A stretch of DNA of 64,000 bases. Origin: an uncultured delta proteobacterium (GTDB lineage Bacteria; Desulfobacterota; Desulfuromonadia; Desulfuromonadales; JACZKF01). Positions 1 through 11,793 of this stretch are shown here, one piece after another. The stretch is from the NCBI GenBank assembly GCA_963816395.1, contig CAWFKQ010000010.1, positions 64,001-128,000 of the forward strand, given 5' to 3'. Both the position numbers and the translations under genes were made by a program. Below the pieces are notes generated by a model that searched no databases, was not told where the DNA came from, and saw only the letters and a list, made by a program, of their open reading frames with translations. The first letter of the stretch is position 1. Each line of letters opens with the position of its first letter.

Positions 1-712
1 AAAGAACAGCGACGGTCTCTCCCCGCGGCAGAAAATGGTGTGGATGCTCCTGATCTCCCTGGCGGCCGGGGGCATTCTCTATCTTTATCCCTCATTCCAG
101 ACCACTCTCGGCGTCCCCTTCTTCAAGGATCTTCGTCCCGACCTGGGGATCTTCTACATCCCCTTCGCCATGCTGGTCATCGTCGGCTCCAGTAACGCCG
201 TCAACCTCACCGACGGACTCGATGGGCTGGCGATCGGGCCGATGATCATCGCTACCGGCACCTACCTCGTGTTCGCCTATCTGGCCGGCAACGCCCGGCT
301 TTCCGAGTACCTGCAGATCAGCAGCGTGCAGGGGGCAGGGGAGCTGTCGGTGCTCTGCGGCGCCATGGTCGGGGCCGGGCTCGGTTTCCTCTGGTTCAAC
401 AGCTACCCGGCGCAGGTATTCATGGGCGATGTGGGGAGCCTCTCGCTCGGCGGCGCCCTGGGAACCATTGCGGTGATCACCAAGCAGGAGATTGTCTTGA
501 TGATCGTCGGCGGCATCTTTGTCCTGGAGGCGCTGTCGGTGATCTTCCAGGTGACCTCCTTCCGTCTGTACGGCAAGCGGATCTTCCGCATGGCGCCGAT
601 CCATCATCATTTCGAACTCAAGGGCTGGCCGGAGCCGAAAATCATCGTCCGTTTCTGGATCATCAGCATCATTCTGGCGCTGGTGGCCCTGTCGACCCTG
701 AAGTTGCGGTAA
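1..712 (+). CDS. mraY: Phospho-N-acetylmuramoyl-pentapeptide transferase (5' part outside the window)
   Basis: [21 protein letters not shown] and MAPIHHHFE motifs; first gene of the dcw series. Confidence 0.97.
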   Translation, partial: KNSDGLSPRQKMVWMLLISLAAGGILYLYPSFQTTLGVPFFKDLRPDLGIFYIPFAMLVIVGSSNAVNLTDGLDGLAIGPMIIATGTYLVFAYLAGNARLSEYLQISSVQGAGELSVLCGAMVGAGLGFLWFNSYPAQVFMGDVGSLSLGGALGTIAVITKQEIVLMIVGGIFVLEALSVIFQVTSFRLYGKRIFRMAPIHHHFELKGWPEPKIIVRFWIISIILALVALSTLKLR

Positions 713-720
713 GGGCCACA

Positions 721-748
721 TGTCAGGTAGCAGGTTTCAGGTGTCAGG
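721..748. repeat. Intergenic 7-mer tandem repeat (tgtcagg tagcagg tttcagg tgtcagg)
   Basis: Four consecutive NNNCAGG heptamers between mraY and murD. Confidence 0.7.
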
Positions 749-755
749 AAATAAA

Positions 756-2109
756 ATGCAGCGTAATTATTCGGGAAAGAAAGTTGTGGTCGTCGGAGCG
801 GGGCGTTCCGGCCTCGCTCTGGCCGCCTATTTCCGTCGCCGCGGGGCCGCCGTCGTTCTCTCCGACAACCGCGCCGCGGAGCGGCTCGGGCCGCTGGCGG
901 TGCCGCCGGGGGTGATCCTTGACCTGGGCGGGCATACCCCGGCGCACTTCGAGGCGGCCGACCTGGTGGCGATCAGCCCCGGTGTGCCCCTGGAATCGCC
1001 ACCGGTGGCGGCAGCGATCGCCCGCGGCGTGCCGGTGCTGGGAGAGGTGGAAATCGCTTTCGGGGAACTGACCGCGCCGCTGGCGGCGATCACCGGCACC
1101 AACGGCAAATCGACGACCACCATGGTCATGGGGGAAGCGCTGCGCGCCTGGGGAAAGAACCCCTTCGTCGGCGGCAATCTCGGCATCCCGCTGATCGAGG
1201 CGGTGGACGGGGCGTGGGACTGGCTGGTGGCGGAGATCTCCTCCTTCCAGTTGGAGGCGATCCGCGATTTCCGCCCCGGCTACGCCCTGCTGCTGAACGT
1301 CACCGAGGACCACCTCGACCGCTATCCGGACATGGAGGCCTATCTGGCGGCCAAGCTGCGCATTTTCGAGAATATGACGGAGTCCGGCGTCGCCGTGCTC
1401 AATGCCGAGGACCCGCTCGTGGTGGCCGCCACCGCCGGTCTGCGCCCGCGGCGGGTATTTTTCTCCTCCCGCCGGATGCTGCCGGAGGGGATGGGGGTGG
1501 CGGGAGAAACGATCGTCTGGCGCCATGACGGCGTCGAAACCCGATTCCCCATCCGCGAACTGAGGCTCAAGGGGCTCCACAACGTGGAGAACGTCATGGC
1601 CGCCCTCGTTCCGCCGCTGCTGGCCGGCTGCCCGGCCGGCGACCGCCTGGGGCGCCGCCTGCGCCTTTGCCGGCCTGCCGCACCGGATGGTGCCGGTGCG
1701 GGTGCTGAACGGGGTCACCTGGTACAACGACTCCAAGGGGACCAACGTCGGCAGCGTGGTGAAGAGCCTCGCCGGCCTGCCGGCGCCGGTGACCCTGATC
1801 GCCGGCGGCAAGGACAAAGGGGGAGATTATGCCCCCCTGGCCGGGCTGGTGCGGGGGAAGGTGAGAAATCTGGTCGTTATCGGCCAGGCGGCCGACCGCC
1901 TGCTCGCCGCCCTCGGCGACCTGACCCACACCGTCCGCGCCGATAGCCTGGAGGAGGCGGTGCGGGTGGCCTGGGAGCTGACCCCGGCGGGCGGGTCGGT
2001 ACTGCTTTCCCCCGGCTGTTCCAGTTTCGACATGTTTAAGAACTTCGAAGAGCGCGGGGATCTATTCACCCGGGCGGTGCTCGCCCTGCCCGACAGGATG
2101 GCGGTGTAA
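756..2109 (+). CDS. murD: UDP-N-acetylmuramoyl-L-alanine:D-glutamate ligase (frameshift near 1640, probably a sequencing indel)
   Basis: [20 protein letters not shown] and EISSFQL in ORF 720..1946; YNDSKGTN and [12 protein letters not shown] in ORF 1687..2109. Confidence 0.95.
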
Positions 2110-2113
2110 CGCG

Positions 2114-3220
2114 ATGGAACTGAGGAAGGAATACGATTCGACAATCCTGCTGCTGGCGGTCGCACTCACCTGCTTCGGTGTCGTCATGGTCTATTCCTCC
2201 TCCTCCATCATGGCGGTCAAGCGCCATGCCGATGGCTTTTATTTCCTCAAGCGCCAGGGGGTGTACGCCCTCGGCGGCTTTCTGCTCATGGCGGCGGCAA
2301 TGCGCATCGATTACCGCTGCCTGCGCCGGCTGGCCGTTCCCTTTCTGCTGCTGTGCATCGGCCTGCTGCTGGCGGTGCTGATCCCGGGGATAGGCGCGCA
2401 CGCCGGCGGCGCTTCGCGCTGGATCCGCCTGGGGATCATCTCCCTGCAGCCATCGGAGGTGACCAAGCTCGGTCTGGTTCTCTACATGGCGCATTCGCTG
2501 GCCAAGAAACAGGAGAAGATCAAGAGTTTCAAGCTCGGCTTCATCCCTTACATGGTGGTCCTGGCGATCCTCCTCTTTCTGCTGCTGCTGCAGCCCGACC
2601 TCGGCAGCGCCCTGACCCTGGGGGCGGTGGCCATGGTGATGCTGCTGGTGGCGGGCACCCGGCTGAGCTACCTCTTCTCGGTAGCGATCCTGGCGGTGCC
2701 GTTCCTCTATTTTGCCGTGATGCATGTCGATTACCGGCGAAAACGCATCCTGGCTTTCCTCAACCCCTGGGAGGATCCGACGAATACCGGATTTCAGATC
2801 ATCCAGAGCTGGATTGCCTTCGGTACCGGCGGGCTGCTCGGCAATGGTTTGGGGGAAGGAAAGCAGAAACTCTTCTTTCTGCCCGAGGCACATACGGACT
2901 TCATCTTTTCGGTGGTGGGGGAGGAGCTGGGCTTCGCCGGCGTGCTGGTGATCAGCACCATGTTCCTGCTTCTGGTCCAGCGAGGCATCCGCGCCTCCCT
3001 GACGGCACCGGACGATTTCGGGCGCTACCTGGCCTTTGGCATCTCCCTGCTGCTCGGCCTGGAGGTTTTCGTCAATCTCGGGGTGGTCATGGGGCTGCTG
3101 CCCACCAAAGGGCTGGCCCTGCCTTTTCTTTCCTATGGCGGAACCAGCCTGCTCACCACTTTGCTGGCGGTGGGAATTCTGCTCAATATTTCCAGTCAGG
3201 GTCAGGGAGGAGTCTCATGA
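2114..3220 (+). CDS. ftsW: Peptidoglycan glycosyltransferase FtsW (SEDS family)
   Basis: Multi-TM protein; QPSE, LPEAHTDFIFSVVGEELG and LPFLSYGG motifs. Confidence 0.97.
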   Translation: MELRKEYDSTILLLAVALTCFGVVMVYSSSSIMAVKRHADGFYFLKRQGVYALGGFLLMAAAMRIDYRCLRRLAVPFLLLCIGLLLAVLIPGIGAHAGGASRWIRLGIISLQPSEVTKLGLVLYMAHSLAKKQEKIKSFKLGFIPYMVVLAILLFLLLLQPDLGSALTLGAVAMVMLLVAGTRLSYLFSVAILAVPFLYFAVMHVDYRRKRILAFLNPWEDPTNTGFQIIQSWIAFGTGGLLGNGLGEGKQKLFFLPEAHTDFIFSVVGEELGFAGVLVISTMFLLLVQRGIRASLTAPDDFGRYLAFGISLLLGLEVFVNLGVVMGLLPTKGLALPFLSYGGTSLLTTLLAVGILLNISSQGQGGVS

Positions 3221-4332
3221 GGATGCTTCTGGCCGGAGGCGGTACCGGCGGCCATCTCTTCCCAGCCGTGGCCCTCGCCCAGCGACTGCTGGCGACGGAG
3301 CCCGGCTCCGAGGTGCTCTTTGTCGGTACCAGCCGGGGAATCGAGGCGCGGGTTCTGCCGGAACTGGGACTGCCGTTGGCGACCATCGATATCTCCGGCT
3401 TCGTTGGCAAGGGGGTGAAGGGAAAGGCGGCTCTGGCGCCGCTGCTGTTCCGCAGCATCTACCAATCCTGGCGGCTTCTCGACCGTTTCCGGCCGCAGGT
3501 GGTGGTGGGAGTGGGAGGGTACGCCTCGGCTCCGGTATTGACCGCCGCCCGCCTCCGGCGCTATCCCTGCCTGATTCACGAACAGAACGCCTGGCCGGGG
3601 CTGACCAACCGCCTGCTGGCCCGCTGGGTCGACCGGATCTGTCTCTCTTTCGCTGAGGCCGACTGCGCCTTTCATCACGGTAGGACGGTATTGACCGGCA
3701 ATCCCCTGCGCCAGGGGATGGAGGAGTGTCCGCCGGTGCCCGCCGGCGACCCGCAGTTGCTCGTCTTCGGCGGCAGCCGCGGGGCCCGCGCCATCAACGA
3801 GGCGGTGCTCGCCATGCTCCCCCGGCTGGCGGAATTTCGCGGGCGGCTGTCCATCCGTCATCAGACTGGCAGCGAGGATCTGGAGCGGGTGCGTGCCGGG
3901 TACCGGCAGGCGGGATGGGACGACGGCGGGGTGGTTCCTTTCATCCAGGATATGGCGGCGGCCTACGCCGGCGCCCACCTGGTTCTCTGCCGGGCCGGGG
4001 CGACCACCATCGCCGAACTGACCGCCTGTGGCCGGCCGGCGGTGCTGGTGCCTTACCCGCATGCCGCCGGCGATCACCAGACGGCCAACGCCCGCGCCCT
4101 GGCGCGGGGGGGGGCGGCCTTGATGCTGCCGCAGCCGGAGATGACCCCCGAAACCCTGGCGCGGCTGATCGGCGACCTGCTGCACGATCGGGAACGGCTG
4201 CTGGTTATGGCCGGAGCGGCCCACGCCCTGGGCCGCCGCGGGGCAGCCGATCTGATCCTGCGCGAATGCCGGGCGATCATCAAACCTGAAGGCGATTTTT
4301 TTAACGCGGCGAGGCGGGCAACCAGGCATTGA
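3217..4332 (+). CDS. murG: MurG N-acetylglucosaminyl transferase
   Basis: MRMLLAGGGTGGHLFPA, GVGGYAS, HEQN, GGSRGA; ATG overlaps the ftsW stop. Confidence 0.96.
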   Translation: MRMLLAGGGTGGHLFPAVALAQRLLATEPGSEVLFVGTSRGIEARVLPELGLPLATIDISGFVGKGVKGKAALAPLLFRSIYQSWRLLDRFRPQVVVGVGGYASAPVLTAARLRRYPCLIHEQNAWPGLTNRLLARWVDRICLSFAEADCAFHHGRTVLTGNPLRQGMEECPPVPAGDPQLLVFGGSRGARAINEAVLAMLPRLAEFRGRLSIRHQTGSEDLERVRAGYRQAGWDDGGVVPFIQDMAAAYAGAHLVLCRAGATTIAELTACGRPAVLVPYPHAAGDHQTANARALARGGAALMLPQPEMTPETLARLIGDLLHDRERLLVMAGAAHALGRRGAADLILRECRAIIKPEGDFFNAARRATRH

Positions 4333-4342
4333 AGGCTTCTTG

Positions 4343-4460
4343 ACGCGGAGACGCGGAGGCGCAGAGGAAAACAGAAACAGGAGTTTTTTTAACTTAAACC
4401 CTAACCAAAGAATTTTTCTCCGTGCCTCTGCGCTTCTAGTGAGCGCAGCGAACGGGCGTT
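4343..4460. repeat. Intergenic octamer-based inverted repeat (acgcggag/gcgcagag ... ctccgtgc/ctctgcgc)
   Basis: acgcggagacgcggaggcgcagag followed ~50 nt later by the complementary ctccgtgcctctgcg, flanking an AT-rich spacer. Confidence 0.65.
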
Positions 4461-4479
4461 TAAAAAGGACCTTGACCTT

Positions 4480-5862
4480 ATGTACGGCAGGATACGGAAA
4501 ATACATTTCGTCGGCATCGGCGGCATCGGCATGAGCGGCATTGCCGAGGTGCTGCTGAATCTCGGCTACCAGGTATCCGGCTCCGATCTGCGCGAGTCGG
4601 AGATTACTCGCCGGCTGACGGAGTTGGGGGGAGAGATCACCTTCGGCCACCGGGTGGAGAACGTCGGTAATGCCGACGTGGTGGTGACCTCCACCGCCGT
4701 GCGCGCCGGCAATCCCGAGGTGCTGGAAGCGACTCGCCGGCTGATCCCGGTCATCCCCAGGGCCGAAATGCTGGCCGAGTTGATGCGCATGAAATACGGC
4801 ATCGCCGTCGCCGGCACGCACGGCAAGACGACCACCACCAGCATGGTGGCCACCATGCTGGTGCATGGCGGTATCGACCCGACGGCGGTTATCGGCGGCC
4901 GTCTGGACGCCTTCGGCTCCAATGCCAAACTGGGGCAGGGGAAATTCCTGGTGGCCGAGGCCGACGAATCGGACGGCTCCTTTCTCAAGCTGTCGCCGAC
5001 CATCGCCGTGGTCACCAATGTCGACGCCGACCACCTCGACTATTACCAGGATCTGGAAGAGATCAAGCGGACCTTCGTCGACTTCATCAACAAGGTCCCT
5101 TTCTACGGGGTGGCCGTGCTGTGCCTGGACGATCCGAACATTCAGGCCCTGATCCCGCAGGTGAAGAAGCGTTTCGTGACCTATGGCCTGAGCACCCAGG
5201 CCGATCTCAGCGCCAGCGAAATCGAGCATCGGGGCGATCGCACCGCTTTTACCGTGCACCATCGCGGCCAACATCTCGGCCGCATCTCCTTCCACATGCC
5301 GGGGCAGCACAACGTGCTAAATGCCCTGGCGGCGGTCGCCGTCGGCCTCGAACTGGAGATTCCTTTCGCGCGGATCGCCGAGGGCTTTCAGGATTTCGGC
5401 GGCGTGCAGCGGCGCTTCCAGATCAAGTCGGAGGTGGATGGAATCATGGTGGTGGACGATTACGGCCATCACCCGGCGGAGATCAAGGCTACCCTGGCGG
5501 CGGCCCGCGCCGGCTGGAACCGGCGGGTGGTGGCGGTTTTTCAGCCGCACCGCTACAGCCGCACCCGGGCACTGTTCAACGAGTTCGTCACCGCCTTTTA
5601 CCAGGCCGACCATCTGGCGGTGATGGATATCTACCCGGCTGGCGAGGATCCGATCGAAGGGGTGGATGCGCGATCCCTGGCCGCGGGGATTGCCGGCCAC
5701 GGGCACAAGGATACCCATTACGTCGGGGATCGCCAGGCGGCAGTGGCGCATCTGCTGTCGGTGGTGGCCGAAGGAGATATCGTGATCACCCTGGGCGCCG
5801 GCAATGTCTGGCAGGTCGGCGAAGATCTGGCCCGGCGCCGCCGGGAAGAGCAGGGTGACTGA
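4480..5862 (+). CDS. murC: UDP-N-acetylmuramate--L-alanine ligase
   Basis: [41 protein letters not shown]. Confidence 0.98.
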   Translation: MYGRIRKIHFVGIGGIGMSGIAEVLLNLGYQVSGSDLRESEITRRLTELGGEITFGHRVENVGNADVVVTSTAVRAGNPEVLEATRRLIPVIPRAEMLAELMRMKYGIAVAGTHGKTTTTSMVATMLVHGGIDPTAVIGGRLDAFGSNAKLGQGKFLVAEADESDGSFLKLSPTIAVVTNVDADHLDYYQDLEEIKRTFVDFINKVPFYGVAVLCLDDPNIQALIPQVKKRFVTYGLSTQADLSASEIEHRGDRTAFTVHHRGQHLGRISFHMPGQHNVLNALAAVAVGLELEIPFARIAEGFQDFGGVQRRFQIKSEVDGIMVVDDYGHHPAEIKATLAAARAGWNRRVVAVFQPHRYSRTRALFNEFVTAFYQADHLAVMDIYPAGEDPIEGVDARSLAAGIAGHGHKDTHYVGDRQAAVAHLLSVVAEGDIVITLGAGNVWQVGEDLARRRREEQGD

Positions 5863-6780
5863 ACGGCTCTTTGACAGTCTGCGCGCGTTTTTCCGGGGCG
5901 AGTTAAGGCGGGCGGAGCCGCTCTCCCGGCACACCACCTGGCGGGTCGGCGGCCCGGCCGACCTGTTCCTGGCCCCGGCCGACCGGGCGGACCTCCAGGC
6001 GGTACTGGGGTGGCTGCAGGCGGTGCAGATCCCCTGGTTTTTCCTTGGGGGGCGGCAGCAATCTGCTGGTCGTGCGACAGCGGATTCCGGGGAGCGGCGA
6101 TCCACACCGGGCGCCTGCGGCAACTGCGCTTCGGTCCGGACGGGGAGGTGGCGGTCGGAGGCGGCCTGCCGCTGATGGCGTTGATCCGCGAGACCGCGTC
6201 CCGCGGTCTCGCCGGCCTGGAGGGGCTGGGTGGCATTCCGGGCACGCTCGGCGGTGCCATCGCCATGAATGCCGGGGCCGGGGGACAGGAAATGGCCGGG
6301 GTGGTGCGCTCGGCGGTCCTGGCCGGTCCCGACGGGGAGGAGAATTGGGAGGCCAACCGGCTGGCCTTCGGCTATCGGCAATCGGCGGTCCCTGCCGGAT
6401 CGGGTTATCGTCGAGGCGCACCTGCGGTTCACGGCGGCCGATCCGGTACTCTTGCAGACCGAGATTCAGCATCGGGTGGCGTACCGGCGGAGCCAACCAT
6501 CCGCTACGGCAGCCCGAATGCCGGCTCGGTGTTCAGAAATCCCCCGGGGGAGGGGGCCTGGAAGCTGATCGAGGCGGCCGGACTCCGGGGGGCGCAAGAT
6601 CGGCGGGGCGCAGGTCTCGGAGCAGCACGCCAACTTCATCGTCAATGTCGGCGGCGCCACAGCCGCCGACATCCTGACCCTGATCGACCGCATCCGCGCG
6701 GCGGTAAGAAAACAGACCGGTATCGAACTGGTGCCGGAGGTAAGGATTATTTGGATCAGGCAAGAGGCAAGAGGCTCGGG
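5855..6780 (+). CDS. murB: UDP-N-acetylenolpyruvoylglucosamine reductase (several frameshifts; end approximate)
   Basis: [43 protein letters not shown] and HANFIVN pieces spread over different frames. Confidence 0.92.
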
Positions 6781-6896
6781 GCAAGAGGAAGACCCCAAGC
6801 CGCAACCTCTAGCCTGTAAACCACGGCACGAGGGATAACTCGAGGTTAGAGGCATTTCGCTTTAACCTCTAGCCTCTTGCCTCTAGCCGCTAGCCG
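6756..6896. repeat. Intergenic heptamer repeats in inverted arrangement (gcaagag)n ... (cctctag/cctcttg)n
   Basis: ggcaagaggcaagaggctcggggcaagagg, then aacctctagcctcttgcctctagccgctagcc; the two blocks are complementary. Confidence 0.7.
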
Positions 6897-6904
6897 GGTT
6901 TTTT

Positions 6905-7831
6905 ATGGACCGCAACGAACTGAAAAAAAAGAAGATTGGTGTTCTGCTGGGCGGGATGTCCGCCGAGCGGGAGGTTTCCCTGCGCACCGGCAAGGCGGTG
7001 CTGGCCGCCCTGCAGGAGAGCGGTTACCGGGCCGTCGGTCTCGATGCCGGCCGCGATCTGGCGGCGCGCCTGGGGGAGGAGGGGGTCGAGGTGGCCTTCA
7101 TCGCCCTGCACGGCCGCTACGGTGAGGACGGCACGGTGCAGGGGCTGCTGGAGATCCTCGGGATTCCCTACACCGGCAGCGGCGTGCTGGCTTCCAGCAT
7201 CGCCATGGACAAGGTGACCACCAAGAAAGTCCTTCTGCACCACGAGCTGCCCACCCCGGGCTTCGACGTTTTTCACCGGGGGGAGAGCCGCCATGAACTG
7301 CTGGCGCGCTGCCGGCATTTTCCGCTGGTGGTCAAGCCGGCCCGGGAGGGATCGACCATCGGCGTTTCCATCGTCCGCACCCCCGAGGAACTTCAGCGGG
7401 GACTCGATGCGGCCCTTGAGCACGATGCGCTGGTGCTGATCGAGGATTACATCCAGGGGCTGGAAGTAACCGTCGGGGTATTGGATGACCGGTCCCTGCC
7501 GATCATCCAGGTGGTGCCTAAAGGAGGTTTTTACGATTTCCAGGCCAAATATACCGCCGGCCAGACCGAGTACATCCTCCCCGCGCCCCTGGATGGCGTT
7601 CTCTACGAACGCCTGCAGCAGGCGGCCGTCGCCGCCTGTCGGGCGGTCGGCTGCGCCGGCGCCTCGCGGGTCGATTTCATGGTGCGGCAGCGCGAATTCT
7701 TCTGCCTGGAGATCAATACTATCCCGGGGATGACTGAAACCAGCCTGTTGCCGAAGGCGGCGAAACATGCAGGCATGTCCTTCGGTGAACTGGCGCAGCG
7801 AATCCTGGAAGGGGCGGGACTCAACAAATAG
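6905..7831 (+). CDS. ddl: D-alanine--D-alanine ligase
   Basis: GGMSAEREVSL, LHGRYGEDG, EINTIPGMT. Confidence 0.97.
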   Translation: MDRNELKKKKIGVLLGGMSAEREVSLRTGKAVLAALQESGYRAVGLDAGRDLAARLGEEGVEVAFIALHGRYGEDGTVQGLLEILGIPYTGSGVLASSIAMDKVTTKKVLLHHELPTPGFDVFHRGESRHELLARCRHFPLVVKPAREGSTIGVSIVRTPEELQRGLDAALEHDALVLIEDYIQGLEVTVGVLDDRSLPIIQVVPKGGFYDFQAKYTAGQTEYILPAPLDGVLYERLQQAAVAACRAVGCAGASRVDFMVRQREFFCLEINTIPGMTETSLLPKAAKHAGMSFGELAQRILEGAGLNK

Positions 7832-7894
7832 TCCCGCCCTCCGCTGAGGGCGCGCCGAAGTTGTGAAATGTAAACTCGAAACGAGATTTCAAGC

Positions 7895-8738
7895 GTGCGC
7901 GATCTGAAAGCTCCCAAAGACAGGCAAGGTCAAAGGGAACCGGCGCCGGAAAAAGACCTCCCCGCGCGACTGGAAGAAGGTTTTCCGGGTGGGCCTGCGG
8001 CTGACGGTCACTCTGGCCAGCCTGGGGTTGATCGTCAGCGGCGGCCTGCTGCTCACCCGGCTGCTTTTCGCTTCCGACTACTTTCGCATCGAGGACGTCC
8101 AGGTAGAAAACAATCAGCGAGTGAGTGCAGAGGAAGTGGTGGATCTTTCGGAAATCGAGCGGGGCAGCAGTATCTTCAACCTCGATCTCCAGGCGATCGG
8201 CCACAAGATCGAGGAGAATCCCTGGATCGCCGCCGCCCAAGTCGAGCGGGTTTTCCCCCGGCAGGTGGTCATACGGCTGACGGAGAGGGTGCCGCGGGCA
8301 GTGATCAATCTCGGCTATCTCTATTATGTCGATGCCTCGGGCGAGGTTTTTAAGATGCTGGAACCAGGCGATAGGCTCGATTATCCGGTGATGACCGGTA
8401 TCGAACGTAAGTTCCTGCTGGAAAAACCGGCCGAGGCCCGCCGCCTGCTGGCGGACGCCGTTTCCCTCCTCGGGGAACTGGCCGGACGCCGCCGCTTCAC
8501 GGTGAAGGACGTTTCGGAACTGCGTTACGACCAGGACGACGGATTCATGCTGACCACCATGACCGGCGGCGTGCCGATCCGGCTGGGATTCGGCAATTTC
8601 GCCGGCAAGCTGGACCGCCTGGAGAGTATTTATCCGGAGCTGCAGACGCGCCTGGCGATCCTCAAATACATTGATCTGAATGTGACCGACCGGGTTATCG
8701 TCCGGGTCGAAAGCAAATTTGCACCGGGAAACAGTTAA
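7895..8738 (+). CDS. ftsQ: Cell division protein FtsQ (frameshift near 7925)
   Basis: Single TM segment then a POTRA-like region (NPWIAAAQVERVFP), C-terminal YIDL; lies between ddl and ftsA. Confidence 0.9.
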
Positions 8739-8759
8739 ATATGCAGGAAAGGGAGGAAG

Positions 8760-9989
8760 ATGGCCAGCAAGAGAGATAACCTGATTGTCGGGCTGGATAT
8801 CGGTACCACCAAAATCTGCGCCATCGTCGGCAATCTTACCGAGGATGGCCTGGATATAGTCGGAATCGGTACCAGCCCTTCCAAGGGGCTGCGCAAAGGG
8901 GTGGTGATCAACATCGAGGCCACCGTCGGCGCCATCCGCAAAGCCCTGCAGGAGGCCGAGCTGATGGCCGGCTGTGAGATCAAGTCGGTTTTCGCCGGGA
9001 TCGCTGGCGGGCACATCAAGGGATTCAATTCCCAGGGGGTGATCGCCATCAAGAACCGGGAGGTGAACAACGACGACATCCGGCGGGTGATCGATGCCGC
9101 CAAGGCGATCGCCATCCCGATGGACCGGGAAGTGATCCATATCCTCCCCCAGGAATTCATCATCGACGATCAGGACGGCATCAAGGAGCCGCTGGGGATG
9201 AGCGGGGTGCGCCTGGAAGCCAAGGTGCATATCGTCACCGGGGCGGTGGCCAGCGCCCAGAACATCATCAAGAGCTGCAACCGGGCGGAGGTCGACGTGG
9301 CCGATATCGTCCTTGAGCAGCTCGCTTCCTCGGAGGCAACCCTGACCCCGGACGAGAAGGAACTGGGGGTGGCCCTGATCGACATCGGCGGCGGCACCAC
9401 CGACCTCGCCATCTATATCGATGGGGCGATCAAACACACCGCCGTTCTTTCCCTTGGCGGAAATCATCTGACCAACGACATCGCCGTCGGTCTGCGCACG
9501 CCAATGGCCGAGGCCGAGAAGATCAAACATGCCTACGGCTGCTGCCTGACCTCCATGGTCGGCAAGGACGAGACAATCGAGGTCCCCTCGGTCGGCGGCC
9601 GCGAGCCGCGCATCCTCTCCCGGCAGCTGTTGGCCGAAATACTGGAACCGCGGGTCGAGGAGATCTTCACCCTGGTCAACCGGGAGATCGTCAAAAGCGG
9701 CTTTGAGGACCTGATCGCCTCCGGAGTGGTGATCACCGGCGGCACCTCGATTCTGCCTGGGATGCCGGAGCTGGCCGAGCAGATCTTCAACCTGCCGGTG
9801 CGCCGGGGGGTGCCGCGGGACATCGGCGGCCTGATCGACGTGGTCAACTCTCCCGTCTATGCAACCGGCGTGGGGCTGGTCAAGTACGGCAGCCGCAACC
9901 TGCAGTCGCGCAATTTCACCATTGGCCAGGAACATATCTTCGACCGGGTGGTCCGGCGAATGAAGGAATGGTTTGGCGAGTTTTTCTGA
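8760..9989 (+). CDS. ftsA: Cell division protein FtsA
   Basis: [26 protein letters not shown]. Confidence 0.98.
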   Translation: MASKRDNLIVGLDIGTTKICAIVGNLTEDGLDIVGIGTSPSKGLRKGVVINIEATVGAIRKALQEAELMAGCEIKSVFAGIAGGHIKGFNSQGVIAIKNREVNNDDIRRVIDAAKAIAIPMDREVIHILPQEFIIDDQDGIKEPLGMSGVRLEAKVHIVTGAVASAQNIIKSCNRAEVDVADIVLEQLASSEATLTPDEKELGVALIDIGGGTTDLAIYIDGAIKHTAVLSLGGNHLTNDIAVGLRTPMAEAEKIKHAYGCCLTSMVGKDETIEVPSVGGREPRILSRQLLAEILEPRVEEIFTLVNREIVKSGFEDLIASGVVITGGTSILPGMPELAEQIFNLPVRRGVPRDIGGLIDVVNSPVYATGVGLVKYGSRNLQSRNFTIGQEHIFDRVVRRMKEWFGEFF

Positions 9990-10047
9990 TTTGTTCACTC
10001 GGGACGGGGTGCGGAGACCTCATTCCAAACTGCGATCGGAGGGTACC

Positions 10048-11193
10048 ATGTTCGAATTCGATGAGAGTATTGATCAAAAGGCGAAAATCAAGGTCATCGG
10101 CATCGGCGGCGGCGGCGGCAATGCGGTCAATACGATGATCCAGTCGAACGTCGAGGGAGTGGAGTTCATCACTGCCAACACCGATGCCCAGGCGCTGAAG
10201 AACAACCGCGCGCCGCTGAAGCTGCAGCTCGGTCCCAAGCTGACCAAGGGGTTGGGCGCCGGCGCCAGCCCGGAGGTTGGCCGGGAGGCTGCACTCGAGG
10301 ACCGGGCGCGGCTGGCGGAGGTCCTGACCGGCGCCGACATGGTGTTTATCGCTGCCGGCATGGGGGGCGGCACGGGCACCGGAGCGGCGCCGGTGATCGC
10401 CGAGGTGGCCAAGGAGGTCGGTGCGCTGACTGTCGGCGTGGTGACTAAACCCTTTTCCCGCGAGGGACGGCAGCGCATGAAGAAGGCCGAGGAGGGGGTA
10501 GCCGCTCTGCGGGATATGGTCGATTCCCTGATCGTCATCCCGAACGACAGGCTGCTCGGCCTGGCCGGCAAGAACATGAGTATTGTCGATGCCTTCAAAC
10601 CGGCGGACGATGTGCTGCGGCAGGCGGTGCAGGGGATTTCCGACCTGATCACGACCGAGGGGATGATCAACGTCGACTTCGCCGACGTCAAGGCGATCAT
10701 GAGCGAGCGCGGCATGGCGATGATGGGCATCGGTCTCGGCGAAGGGGACCGTCGTGCCACCGCAGCAGCGCAGCAGGCAATCAGCAGCCCTCTGCTGGAG
10801 GACATCGACATCTCCGGCGCCCGCGGAGTGCTGGTGAACATCACCGGCTCCAGCAGCATGACGCTGGAGGACTTCGACGAAGTCTCCCGGGTCATCCACG
10901 AGAAGGTGCACGAGGACGCCAATATCATCATTGGCCTGGTGATCAACGAGGACATGGGCGAGCGCATCAAGGTGACCGCCATCGCTACCGGTTTTGGCGC
11001 CACCTTCGAGAAGGGGAAGCGGGGAGTGGGGGAGTTGAAGACGTTGGCGGCGGCCCCGTCCGGAAAAGTGGACCGCGATCTGCCGACCTTCATCCGCGAG
11101 CGGCAGAAGGAGTCCCCCCGCGCTTTCCGCGCCGCGCTGGGGGAAGAGGAGGAATACGACATCCCCACCTTCCTGCGCAAGCGCGTCGACTAG
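10048..11193 (+). CDS. ftsZ: Cell division protein FtsZ
   Basis: [25 protein letters not shown]-terminal DIPTFLRK. Confidence 0.99.
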   Translation: MFEFDESIDQKAKIKVIGIGGGGGNAVNTMIQSNVEGVEFITANTDAQALKNNRAPLKLQLGPKLTKGLGAGASPEVGREAALEDRARLAEVLTGADMVFIAAGMGGGTGTGAAPVIAEVAKEVGALTVGVVTKPFSREGRQRMKKAEEGVAALRDMVDSLIVIPNDRLLGLAGKNMSIVDAFKPADDVLRQAVQGISDLITTEGMINVDFADVKAIMSERGMAMMGIGLGEGDRRATAAAQQAISSPLLEDIDISGARGVLVNITGSSSMTLEDFDEVSRVIHEKVHEDANIIIGLVINEDMGERIKVTAIATGFGATFEKGKRGVGELKTLAAAPSGKVDRDLPTFIRERQKESPRAFRAALGEEEEYDIPTFLRKRVD

Positions 11194-11326
11194 CGCCTGC
11201 CGGATAAGGGCGGCAGCCGCCCCTGCCGGCCTTTCGGCCGGCGGCCCCGAATGCCGGTTCTCCGCCCGGCGAGCGGGGTTGCGGGAGTGATTGCCCCCGA
11301 GTGGCCCGTAGTCCCTCCGTTCGCAG

Positions 11327-11355
11327 GGGACCGCCTGGTGCGGTCCCTTTTCTTT
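11327..11355 (+). terminator. Rho-independent terminator of the dcw operon
   Basis: gggaccgc-ctggt-gcggtccc stem followed by ttttcttt. Confidence 0.75.
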
Positions 11356-11461
11356 AGCGGCATAAACCAGCCTTGAACGAAGAGAGACCCCACACCCTCT
11401 TCCCCTTACCCCCCCTTGTCCTGCTAAAATGACCCATGACGAATGATCTGAGAGGTGAACG

Positions 11462-11704
11462 ATGAAGATCGAGATCCTGGGCGACGAGTGTAAAAAATGC
11501 CGGATTCTTTACGACAATGTTCTGCAGGCGGTGGCGGAAAGCGGCTGGCAGGTGGAGATCGTGCGGACCAATGCCCCCGATATCCTGGCCGGTTATGGCG
11601 TCCGCTCTCTCCCCGGGCTGGTAATCGACGGGGTACTGCAGTCTACCGGCAAGTTCCTGTCGGTTGGCCAGATCAGGGATCTGCTCGAACGGAATTCTTC
11701 CTGA
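11462..11704 (+). CDS. Small redox-active disulfide protein (MTH895/Thioredoxin_3 family)
   Basis: MKIEILGxxCKKC ... YGVRSLPGLVIDG; RBS gaggtg upstream. Confidence 0.85.
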   Translation: MKIEILGDECKKCRILYDNVLQAVAESGWQVEIVRTNAPDILAGYGVRSLPGLVIDGVLQSTGKFLSVGQIRDLLERNSS

Positions 11705-11793
11705 GTTAGCGGACGGGTACTTTCCTTCTTCCCCTTGTGCATAAATCAGGCGTTCTGCTGAGAGCGCGACAACTTCCCTAAGGCACTGAACCC

